37,860 nt of DNA from Spirogloea muscicola (GCA_009602725.1 WELB01000029.1:911612-949471); one strand, 5' to 3'. Positions 12,346 through 23,389 are shown, counted from the stretch's first letter. A program made the numbers and translations. Notes: generated by a model from the sequence alone, not told the origin.

Positions 12346-12784
12346 TGCCGCCATACTGCCTCGGGTCCTTCTGTTTCCAATAAGGCTTGCTACTACAGCC
12401 ACTATCCATTGTGAACAGCAATCTCCTCAGCCGCCTGCAGCAACAGCTCCAGCCAGCTCACGCCTTGCCCTACTCAATTGCCATGCAACCACTGCCCACC
12501 TCTGTGCACTCTTGACTTTGCCTTCACGGCAGAACTGCTCACCCTGGCCGGCCATGGACCCGCCCTTGCAGCTCGTCGCTGCCTCCCCATGCCCCTATTT
12601 TCTAAACAGGCGCCCGTGCTTAGCCCTGGAGCACACACTGTCGGCTTGCCACATCGACTCCGGATCCATTCTCAAGCTACAGGCAGCGCACACCCTTACA
12701 AGAACCCAAAACCCTCTACAAAACTGCGAGAGGAGGATCAAGCAGCGGCCCTCCCTCCCAACCTACCGTGAAGTTCGGGCTTGT

Positions 12785-15700
12785 CTATGAGCCCAAACTC
12801 TCAACTGTCTGAGTTAGCCTGTTCAGCTGGGATGTCAGAGCCTGCAATCGGGTCTGAAAAGAGGCCACACATTGGCCCTCCTCCTGTGTTGCATGCGCAT
12901 AAGGTCTAATGAGCTTCTCTACCTGCAGATGCAGAGTATCAAGGGACTCGCTCAACTCCACCTGCAGACCTTCTTCCAAGCCACGCGCCACGGCATCAGC
13001 GGCTCTCCTCACCTTGGCTTTGACCTCCCCTCGTCTCAATGGGAGATTGAGGACCCCAACGTACCTGCAGAACCAGAGCGATAAAAATTAGACTTCACAA
13101 TAGTCAAATCTTTGCCAAGCTCTGTACAAGAGTGTGTGTGGAGTCGATACGTATTTGAACTTAGGCCTGACGAGGAAAAGCTTTAAGTGCTTGCAGATTC
13201 AGAAGGTTGTAGTGAGAAAGCTGCACTGCTGCAACATACCGACGAGGAAAAGCTTAAAGTGCTTGCAGATTTAGAAGGTTGTAGTGAGAAAGCTGCACTG
13301 CTGCAACATACCCTCCAGCTGAGCACAAAGCAAGCGCCAGCAGGTCCTCCAATGTGGTGGGCAAGATCGTGGTGAGTACTGATGCCGACACGCCTGCTGC
13401 GCTCACTCCAGCAAATGTGCCAAGCACCTGCAGCAGAACCTCCCCAAAACCTACTCAGTAAAATACGAACGCATCACAGGGAGCTCATATGCAGCAGCTT
13501 GCAGTGCCCATGCAAGTGACACTGGAGTCTGACACACCAACATTGATGTAGCGATTGCAATTTCAAGATATGGACACATTCCAATCATCTACCTACATCC
13601 AGATGTCTGAGGCCATCACCCGAGGTTGTGTGAGATCAATCATGATGCACTGCAAGCTACAAAAGCAGTCAAGATTCTCACAACTTGGCGCAGCTCTTCC
13701 TCCAGGACAAGAGCAGCAGCGTGGGGATTAAAGCTTTCTAACAGCTCCATTGTTTTTGGCTGCTTCATTGTCTCATCCACGTCTTCAGTGACCGCAATGA
13801 CCTCATGCACTTCTGATGTCAAATGAGCAAGGTCGGGCCACCGTTCCTTCGTAAAATCTTTGTAGTTGCGGAGCTGGCGTGCGATGTTGGAAGACAACCA
13901 CTGACCGTGCTCCTCCAGTGCTCTCTGGACCCAGTTGAGACCACAAATTGTTTCTCACAATTACCCCATTGCGCCCAAGACTCACTCACATTCTTGCATG
14001 GCGTATCTTATAACAAGCAGGGACAGAAGTTGAGGCTGCACCTTCACATCTGCAGAAGTTGACCCCATGATCTCCTTCTCAAAGTTGGATCCTACAGGCA
14101 GTGAGGAGCTGGAGCTCGACCCAAGGACGTAGCCTGCCAGTGCTTGCACATTGGAAAGGGACAACGTCCTGTCCACAAGCCGCTCTGCTCGCGTTTTCGC
14201 AGCATCAACCTGCTCAATGTCACTCGGTCAATCTACAGATTCCAGCAAGACAACACCAAGTAGCATGCCTGCACCAGCCTGCCTTATTGAGGCAAAACTC
14301 CTGCCTCGTAGCATCGGCATTTGTGCTGCTGAAGGCATTCCATCTCACCATGGAAAATATGCGCTGCCGCTGGACCAATGCATCCTTGCGCATGGCATCC
14401 TCGTACCGGGCCATCTGCGCTCCGACGCTCTCGATGGCCTGCCGGTCCTGCGTGGCCTGCTCCGCTCGCTCTGCCAGCTGCCGGGAGCAGGCGCTCAGCA
14501 GGACGGACCCAACCCCCAAGGGCGTACCCAACTTCAGCCTCATGCGCTCAGCACCAGCATCAGTGCTGCCTCCCAAGAAGCCGAAGATAAAGTCCTCCAG
14601 CTCTTGAAAGCCGCTGGACCTCCACCCCTGGTCCTGCTCTAGTCTGGTCTTGCTCGTGCCGAGCTTTGCTTTCAAGGCTCTTCGAGCTGAGACAGGATAA
14701 ACGGGTACTGGCGACACCCCGAGGAGCTTCTCTGCATTCACCTGCACAAACTGGAGGACCTCCTGAACCTGCAATGTCGTACAGGGGAACATAACTGTCA
14801 GCCGCAAAATTAAGCACAAATGTTGAGGACAGTTGTCGAAGTGGACAACTCTGGAGGCTGATTGAAGTGCAGGTACAGCAGCCTCATCATGGCTTGTTTT
14901 CGAAGAGATGCCAACCAACCTCAGAAACCTCGGTCAAAACATCAGCCTTGTTGAGGATGAAGATGACCTTCTTGCCCCACTGTCTGATATATCGCAAGAA
15001 GGATACCTGCATCATCCAACATTCCAGGTGCATGACATTCACAAGCACAAAGATGTCACTAAAATGTGCCTGATAGCTAGTGCAGGCTTGGGTCTCACTC
15101 GGCAACTCCACCATGAGTCCTTCTTTGTGTGTGTAAGCAGATATGAGCTGCTTGTCACAAGAACCGAAGCACATTAAAACCATTAGACAATTCTGCGTAC
15201 CTCAGACTCTGTCAGTGGTCGATCAGCGGAGAGGACAAAGAGCACAAGGTCTGCCCTAGGAACAAACTCCTCTGTCAATCTTTGCTGCCTTTCCAGGATG
15301 ACATTTGTCCCAGGCGTGTCCACCAGATTCATCTGCACAACTCAAGACTTGATTATTGTTGCTGTCCTTCTCCATTTCAAAGTGCTAATCTGAAGCCGAG
15401 GTGACTGTATCTGGAAGCTAGACTAGAGCTTCATGAGCTCTGACTTTAAATTGCCATTACTGAGGGTGGCAATCAGCCACCAACCTGCTTTAGGAGGTTG
15501 GCTGGCAGATACTTCAGAAAGTGGCCATCCGGATGCCGCTCAGCTTGCTCCTCCTCTCCTTCCTTGTCGCTATGCTTCAGCATGGTAATCTCGTTTGTTG
15601 TCGGCACAACACCCTCCTTCAAATACTTCTCTCCAAGGAGGGCATTGATCACCGACGACTTGCCCGAGTTGAACTCCCCCTGCAGTCACACAATAGCGGT

Positions 15701-17596
15701 CTCTACGGGTTGTCGGAAGCTGCAAACCCAGAGCCATCCTGAGAAAGACATGAGCAACTTCAATTGAAGCAGGCCCAAATACATTGCAGCAAGCATGTTG
15801 GTCACCTGTGGCCCTTGTATCTATGGACCACATTCTGTACTTATGAGACTGACTGAGTCAACCAAATGACTTACAACAATCACAAGGAGGAAGAGGTCGT
15901 CAAGCTGCGCCAGCGCGTCCTCCAGCAAAGAGACTTCCGCCATCTGCCAAATGAGGGCCCACTGAGAGAGGCAATAAACATGGAGGCCACTGTACAGTCA
16001 ACCTATTTGGGGCTTGACGTGCTCGTGCAACTTCCCATGAAGCAAGAATGAACACTCAGTAAAATCTGACGGGATGCCTATGATTGCTAGTTGATCCTTG
16101 CATGTTCCGAAGAGAGAAACAGGCATTGCACTTGCCTGCGGGCAAGCAACTTGGAGCAGGTCCAGCATGTCCTTGAGCAATGAGCGCTCATCCTCAAGAA
16201 GGAGCTTTGCCTGATTGTCTAAGATCTGCGCCACACTGCCGTTGGTTGTTGAGTTCCTTCCGCCCCCTCCTTTGTCCCCAGCCTTCTCCTGCTTCACCCT
16301 TGCAGACTCCTCAGCTTGCTGCACAGAAGATGAAGTGTGCCTGTCCCGCTGTGACGCGAGGCCGATGGCACTGAGCACGGCTTCTGCATATGCCTTAGCT
16401 GCCCCTCTGGGATCTGAGCTCCCGCCAGCAGCCTCCTCCAGACTCTGCCAAACATCAGAGAGGCGGAGTACTAGCCCGTCTGCCCCAAGGTGGACAGGGT
16501 AGAAGGTAATGCTATCGGCCGCCAGATCTCCTGGGGTAGGAGCTGCAGACTCGCAGACGACCGGTATGCTGACTTGCCGCCTTACAGCGGCCACCAGCTC
16601 CTCCATGGATGCCCGCCTCTCACCGGCACCTCTCCTGGCCAGGACCAGGAGGTCTGCGCCCTCCCCTGAGCTGGCAAACTCTGCCATCTGTGCCGTGCCG
16701 ACAGAGCGGGCCACTAGTGGGAGCACGGGTGCATCCACGCCTGTCGCGCTCTGCATCATCCGGCGGGCTACCACCGCCGACAAGCCTGCAGAGTGGCCAA
16801 TTTTGCGGAAAGAGGGCAGCGGGTGACACAGAGTGAGGGGTGCCTGCGGATGCTTGCTGAGGCAGAGGACTAGGTCCCCTGCATCACCCTGCCAACCAGT
16901 GTCGACTACAATGAGGAGCTTTGCTCGTTAGAGACAACTCCTCCACAGTGGCAGCACGGCAAAGCGCGTCGGCCGTAGGAGCAATGGATGCCCACAGCAG
17001 AGTGCCTTGACAGTCTTGCCGTCAGTACCTCTGTCGGCGAGCAACAGCCCGTCGGCAGAAGCAGCGGCAGCGATGTCCGCGCGCTCCACGACGAGGAGCT
17101 GGGCGCGGCCGCGGAGCAGGCCGCGCAGCGACAGCGCGGCGTCGTAGAGCTCCTCGCCGCCGGACCCTCCGGCATCCAGTAGGACCAGGCCCACGCCGCC
17201 GGCCACCAGGTCGCTCAGGACCTGCCACGTGGCGTCGCCAGACAGGCCTGGCAGGCCGCGCTGGACCTCCTCCGCCGTGACGCGCAGCGCCAGCGCCGGG
17301 ATGCGCACTTGAGCTCGCCGCTGGCCCGCCCGGAACACCGACGGCTCCGCCGCAGCTGGAGGGACGTCCGTGGCGCTGCCGTCCGGCAGCTTGGCTCGTG
17401 CGCATCGGAGGCACTTGGAGCTCAGCTGCAGCGGCGGCGCCGGAGCCGGCAGCGAGGCCCCGCGCTGGCGGCCCGGGCGCTGCGCTCGCAAACTGGCATA
17501 AGACACAGGGAGCACCGGCCTCCGCGCCCCCCTCGACCAGCTGCCGTCGCAGAGGTGCAGCGGAGCGGCGGGCCCGGCGCCCGCCAAGGCCGCCAT
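12785..17596 (-). CDS. FZL: FZO-like transmembrane dynamin-family GTPase, chloroplastic, about 11 exons
   Basis: Transit-peptide-like start MAALAGAGP at 17596; thiamine-phosphate-synthase-like region (LYDAALSL..LLVVERADIAAAASADGLLLAD); G1 GEFNSGKS (~15680), G2 VPTTNEIT, G3 DTPGTN (~15320), G4 LNKAD (~14945); hydrophobic segment VLTTILPTTLEDLLALALCSAGG (13428-13311); ends ..VESLGS* at 12785. Confidence 0.92.
13169..13312. repeat. 72-bp tandem duplication (2 near-identical copies) in the last FZL intron
   Basis: gacgaggaaaagctt..gcaacatacc at 13169-13240 and 13241-13312, with 2 mismatches seen. Confidence 0.95.
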
Positions 17597-20133
17597 GGCG
17601 CAAGCGCGCCGCGCNCGGCGGGCACGAGCCGAGCTCGCGCCCGCGGGCGCGAGGGACTGGCGGCGCAGGGCCAGGGCAGGATGCTCCCCCGACGGAACGG
17701 GGACGTCGCTCACGCTGGTCCGTTGCCGTTGGCGGACAGGCGTGGGCGGGGGTATAGGGGTAGTCGGAACAGCGCTTCCAAGTTGACAAATAGAAAGCAA
17801 GCGCGGCCAGATTAACTGGTGGCTGGGAGAGGCCAGTCCAAAAGAATGGACAAGGTCTGACAGCAGTGGCTGCGAGGATGAGTGGCTCTCCCAATGAAGA
17901 AGGGCTCGCCGATTGAGAATAGGTGCTGGAAAAAGCCAGCCCAAAAAAGAATGAACAAAGGACGAGAAATGTGGCTGTGAGAGGCCAGCCCAAAGGAGTC
18001 CTAGACAAGGTCTAGGAGCGCCCTGTCTGCCTAGCCTGTGGTTCCGCTCCGCTAATGTGGTCATGAACACCCTCTGTATGCACCTGGCTGGTTACTGAGT
18101 GCTTCGTAGCTGCTTCGTTTCTTTTCTGTGCTTGTTGTTCTTCGTACTTCCCCTGGCCCCTTCTCGTCCTTTGTTCATTCTTTTCTGGGCTGGCTTTTTC
18201 CAGCCCCTATCCTCAATGGGCGAGCCCTTCTCTCTTTTACAGCAGCTCCATTATAATCAGCAGCCGCATTCTTTCTAGGCCGTCGGCTCTAGAAAAGAAA
18301 GAAGTTAGTGAACTCTGCCAGAGGGGGCGGGGGCTGTGAATGGCTAGCCTGTGTCTATTTGTGTAGGTTTTCCTTTCGGCACCTCTTCTGGCTTTGAAAT
18401 TTGTCCATTCTTTTTGGGCCACTTCTTCTTTTGGGCTGGCGTTGCCAGCCGCTCTTCTCAAGGGCGAGCCCTTCTCTCTTCTCTAAGGGCGAGCCACTTG
18501 CTCTGGCCCTAGCCAGGGAAACCGCTACCAGGAGACCAGAGTCTCCGACCTGCGGCTGCTTAGTAGGTGCTTCCTGAGTGTTTTGTAGCTCTTTGGTTCC
18601 GTGTGTGTCTTAGCGTTTCCCTGGCCCCTTCGCACTTTGTTCATTTAATCTGGACTGGCCTCTCCCAACTACCGCCCTCTCCGCCCTCTCCAGGAACCCA
18701 GTCTCGGCGAAGTGCCTCTTTCCAGCTTCTGACTTGCCGTTATTCTGACTTGCTGTTGCTCACTCGTGGAAACTGAGCATTCCTCTGCATCACTGCGTGT
18801 CCTGTTGTGTAGTATTTTCTTTTCAGCACCGTTTTGTGGCCTTTGGATATTGTCCATTCTTTTGTGGGCTAGCGTCGCTAGCCCCTCTTTTTCTATTGGC
18901 AAGCAGTTTCTCCTGGAAGCGCCTTTCTTCTTCTCTTACTAGTCACAGCCCACGCCCCTTGCGGAAGAGCTGCTTCTTCTCCTCTTTTTATGGGCAGGCA
19001 AAATTCTTTCTGCGCTGGCGATTGACGTGCACGGGGCCTTGGCATGCTCGCCGGGCACGCGGTCGCTTTGGCGGCTCGGAGTAAGGAGGAAGTGCTCGCC
19101 CATAGAGAAGACGGGCTGGCAAAGCCAGCCCAAAAAGAATGGACAATGTCCACAGCCAAAAAACGAGGTGCCGACAAAGGACTACGCCACGGAACACTAC
19201 AAAACACAAGGCGATGCAGAGGGAAGCTCAGTACCCTCGAGTGAGCGGGTAAGGAGTAAGGAGCGCAAGTACGCTGACCACCCTCCAGGCGATGTCTACG
19301 CGGCCCTGGCCATTGACGTTCACGGGGCCTTCGGCAGTGGGCTGGTTGGATCTCCTCCAACGGCTTGCCCGGCAGGCTATTGAGCGGCGGCCGGGTTTGC
19401 AAGGCTTCAATGCAAACCCCCGACCTGCGGGCCCAGACCCGGTTCACTGCGCTCGTGGACAAAGCGGCCTATGATTTCCCATCTACTGACTAGAGGTTAC
19501 TGAGAGTTCGCTTACTGCTGTCTCAGTCCTTAGCACTCCGGCTCCTTCAGACCTTGTCCATTCTTTTGGGCTGGCCTCTCCCAGCCACCAGTCAATCTGG
19601 CCGCGCTTGCTTGCTTGCTATGATCAGGTGGTGGGTACTGAGCTTCCCTCTGCATCGTATGTGTTCTGCAGTGTTTTGTAGTGTAGTCCTTTCTCCGGCT
19701 CCTCTTTCTTTGGCTTTGGACGTTGTCCATTCTTTGTTGAGCTGGCTTAGCCCCTCTTCTCTATGGGCGCGCACTTCTATGATCAGGTGGTGGAGCTCCT
19801 CCCGCCGCGCGACCTTCGAGGGCGCGCCCGGATCCTCTCCGCCTCCTACCCCGGGGCAGCGGCGTGGTAATCAGCGCTCTCAATCTACGCGGCGCTCACA
19901 GTACCCGACGAGGTTTTCAGGACGGCGGTCCACGGGCTCCTGGGCCCCCCCTCCCTGCTTCGTCAAGGAGCAAGCGCGGCCAGATTAACTGGTGGCTGGG
20001 TGCGGTGTTTTGTAGAGTAGTCCTTTCTCCGGCTCCTCTTTCTTTGGCTTTGGACTGTCCATTCTTTTTTGGGCTGGCTTTGCCAGCCCCTCTTCTGTAT
20101 GGGCGCGCACTTCTCTCGCCCCCCCTCCTCACC

Positions 20134-20825
20134 ATCCACAACCTCCTCCGTGATGCTCTGGCGGGTTTGATGCGCGACGCCGGGTACCGTGCGGTCGTGG
20201 AAGTGAACAACATCATGCCTATCACCACGGATGCCCAGGGACGTCATCATCTCCGCACACTTGACATTGTGGGCGTGCAACCTGGTGGAGGACCAAGGGC
20301 TTTGGTCGATATTGTGGTTACGGAGGCCTATAAAGGTCCAGCATCGACACACATCGCTGGCCACGCAGTGGGCAGTGCTGAACAAAGAAAGGTGCAGCAC
20401 TACTCCGATTACCCCCGATGTGATCAGCTCTTGCCAGCAGCAATCGACATCTTTGGCTGCTTAGGTCCTCGTTTCCTTACTCTCCTTCAAAACATAGCCA
20501 ATCTAGGCTACACACGACATGCAGATGTGTTCCCGGCTGAGATGGGCTTGCCAGCTGCTTATCTGTCGTTGTTGCGACGACGAGTTTCGGCCTGTTTGCA
20601 GCGTGCTCAGGCTAATGCTTTGCACCAGAAAGCTGGGCGAGCTCTAGTTGGTAGCAGAAGGGCTTCGTATCTGCCATCTAGTATCCAGGCATCGGTTAGC
20701 GACCTTTATGTTTTGACCCGTGGTTTCTGAGCGGGTCAATCTACTGTAGGTTATGTAGGTCTTAAGATGTGCTTGCCTTTGTACTTGGCCATTTGGCCTT
20801 CGTTTGTTTCAAATACACGAAACCT
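20134..20825 (+). mobile_element. Divergent-subfamily retrotransposon 3' fragment with an uninterrupted ~198-codon REL (PD-(D/E)xK-like) endonuclease domain, 8-bp TSD
   Basis: IHNLLRDAL..RTLDIV..ALVDIVVT..AEQRKVQHY..LLPAAIDIFGCLG..SDLYVLTRGF* (stop at 20730). TCCTCACC at 20126-20133 and 20826-20833. Confidence 0.8.
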
Positions 20826-20835
20826 TCCTCACCCC

Positions 20836-20874
20836 GGGTTTAGGGTTTAGGGTTCAACCCCAAACCCAAACCCT
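20836..20874. repeat. Short interstitial plant-type telomeric repeats in head-to-head arrangement
   Basis: GGG-TTTAGGG-TTTAGGG-TT followed by caaccccaaacccaaaccct (degenerate CCCTAAA). Confidence 0.7.
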
Positions 20875-21334
20875 GATACTCAGACCTGATGTTGCTCACT
20901 CGTGGGTACTGAGCTTCCCTCTGCATCGTTTCTGTGTTCTGCAGTGTTTTGTAGTGTAGTCCTTTCTCCGGCTCCTCTTTCTTTGGCTTTGGACATTGTC
21001 CATTCTTTTTGGGCTGGCTTTGCCAGCCCCTCTTCTCTATGGGCGCGCACTTCTCTCGCTCCCCCTCCTCACCCCGGGAACTCTGCCGCCTCCGTCTCTT
21101 AGCGCTTCCCCTGGCACCCTTCTCGTACTTTGTTCATTCTTTTTTGGGCTGGCTTTTCCAGCCCCTAACCTCAATGGGCGAGCCCTTCCTTTGTAGTGTA
21201 GTCCTTTTTCCGGCTCCTCTTTCTTTGGCTTTGGACACTGTCCATGCTTTTTTGGGCTGGCTTTGCCAGCCCCTCTTCTCTATGGGCGCGCGCTTCTTCT
21301 GCTGGGAGAGGCCAGCCCAAAGGAAAGGACAAGG

Positions 21335-21909
21335 CCTCCCTGCCTCGTTGGGGTCCAACAGTGCGAAAGCTGTACCCGCCACGATGACCCTGCGGCGCTG
21401 GCTGCCCATATGCTCCGCTGCGCGCACGGAGGCGAGCGGACCGGTACACACGACCTCCTGCGCGACGCCATGCAGGGTGTGTTCCTGGAGGCCGGCTACA
21501 AGGTGGCAGTGGAAAACACGACAATTATGCCCATCCAGCGCGGCGCCGACGGACTGCTTCACAACCGACGCACTGACCTAGTTGCCATCCCGCCCGGCGG
21601 AGGTCCGCATATCATCGCAGATGTGGTGACTGCAAATTGCCGATGCCGCCAACCCCGTAAAATCGGCGACGCTCGCCGGGCACGCGGTCGCTTTGGCGGC
21701 TCGGAGTTAGTAGCGCAAGTATATTGACCACCCTCCAGGCGATGACTTCGCGGCCCTGGCCATTGACGTTCACGGGGCCTTTGGCAGCGGCTGGTTGGAT
21801 CTCCTCCAGCGGCTTGCCCGGCAGGCCATCGAGCGGCGGCCGGGTTCCCCCAATGCCGCCGGCTCCCTTGCTCAGGTATTTCGAATGAGGCTGGCGGTCT
21901 CGCTCCAGC
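21335..21909 (+). pseudogene. Degenerate retrotransposon fragment: CCHC-like knuckle and REL endonuclease
   Basis: QCESC..AHMLRC..HDLLRD..RRTDLV..IIADVVT / AGHAVALAARS**RKY..LAIDVHGAFG..VFRMRLAVSLQ, with a frameshift and stops. Confidence 0.8.
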
Positions 21910-21911
21910 CT

Positions 21912-22320
21912 AAAAAGCAAGCGCGGCCAGATGAACTGGTAGCTGGGAGAGGCCAGCCCAAAAGAATGGACAAGGTCTGAAGGAGTCGGAGTGCTAAGGA
22001 CTGAGACAGCAATAAGCGAACTCTCAGTAATCTCTCGTCAGTAGATGCAAATCTGAATAGCTAGCAGGCGGAAAGACGTCGCCCTGACGGAAGCCGGAGG
22101 CCGCCGCCAGAGCGCGGCCTGCGCGCAAGTGGACCGCAGAAGCTAGGGACCGCTGCAAAGAGACGGCCAGGCGCATCCGGAAAACTTGGGCGAGGGACCC
22201 GGCGACATGGAAGCCAGGCTGCTCGCCCTGCTGCCCGTGGCGGCGGGCCGCTGCTCGCCACGCAAGGCGGTGAAGTTGGTCAAGCCATTTGCGGCCAAAG
22301 GCGCCGTGTACGTCGAAATC
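21912..22320 (-). pseudogene. Retrotransposon C-terminus and 3'-UTR, minus strand
   Basis: DVHGAFGRKWLDQL..RAGRALAAASGFRQGDVFPPASYSDLHLLTRDY* (stop at 22024), followed by a UTR matching 19500-19612. Confidence 0.8.
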
Positions 22321-22669
22321 CAGCGCTCTTTGGCTCATGCGTTCGACACGCGCGCTGGCCGCGCTATGGCTGCTGCCTCAGGGTCTCGGCAGAGCGCCGC
22401 TTTTCCTGCTTCGACTTATTCTGATTTGCTGTTGCTCACTCGTGGCTACTGAGCATCCACCTGCATCGTTTCGTGTCTTGGTGTGTAGTTCTGTTTTTCC
22501 GGGCGTTGTTTTGTGGCCCTTGAGGCCTGCGGGCATTGTCCAATCTTTTCTGGGCTGGCTTTGCTAGCCCCTCTTTTTCTATGGGCGAGCCTTCTCTTTC
22601 TTCAATGCTGTCGGCCCTCGCCCAGGTATTTCATATGAGGCTGGCGGTCTCGTTCCAGCGCTCTTTGGC

Positions 22670-22875
22670 GAAATTATAGATCATCTCCACCAGAGATTGC
22701 CAAGCATTTGGGACTAAATACCCTCCATGTAGAGTTACTAAAGGAAATAGAAGTAGAGCTACTGTGATAGCGAGTAATTTGAATGAAGGTGATTTGGTAA
22801 AAGAAAGGTGAAAATTTCCAATACCAAAAGGGATAATAGATAGAATGGCAAATTGCTCCAATGGACTCAAATCAT
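22670..22875 (-). pseudogene. atp6: NUMT: 5' part of mitochondrial ATP synthase subunit 6
   Basis: SPLEQFAILSIIPFGIGNFHLSFT..LVTLHGGYLVPNAWQSLVEMIYNF is the characteristic atp6 N-terminus. AT-rich. The ATG at 22875 is out of frame with SPLEQF and the gene is truncated at 22670. Confidence 0.9.
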
Positions 22876-22900
22876 GAGAATGTGATTTTTTGCTTTACTG

Positions 22901-23121
22901 TTACCACCAACTATAGTGAGAAATCCACGATTTGCTTCTGCAAGCTTGTGAAGATCATCTCTTCTCTTAAGCGCAGCGCTGCTTTTATTGGCAGCATCCA
23001 AAATTTCGACTTTAATCATTGTTCTAAGCTTAAAGACTTTTTTGTCCTTTTAATAGCTGCTTCACGAATCCAACGAACTTGCTAAGCTTTCTTGGCGCTG
23101 TGCTGAGATGATAGACTGTGA
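22901..23121 (-). pseudogene. rps7: NUMT: 3' part of mitochondrial ribosomal protein S7
   Basis: Frameshifted reading SAQRQESLA/VRWIREAAIKR..SLEQ*L/VEILDAANKSSAALKRRDDLHKLAEANRGF/HYSWW* matches the mitochondrial rps7 C-terminus. Stop at 22903-22901, about 25 bp upstream of the atp6 ATG. Confidence 0.82.
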
Positions 23122-23389
23122 GCTCTTTGGCTCACGCGGTTCACACGCGCGCTGGCCGCGCTATGGCTGCTGCCTCAGGGTCTCGGCGGAATGCCACTTT
23201 TCAATGCTTCGAGTTACTCTGATTTGTTGTTGCTCACTCGTGGTTACTGAGCATTCCTCTGCATCATTTCTGGTGTGTAGTTTTTATCTTTTTCTTCGGA
23301 TTTGGACATTGTCCATTCTTTTTTGGGCTGGCTTTGCTAGCCCCCCTTCTCTCAGGGCGAGCACTTTCTCTTTCTCTTTCTCCATGATG

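Noticed and set aside
19864..20133. N-terminal part of the 288-aa ORF 19864-20730 as a real gene
   Set aside because: It is a chance in-frame fusion of UTR fragments upstream of the TSD. Only 20134-20730 is element coding sequence.
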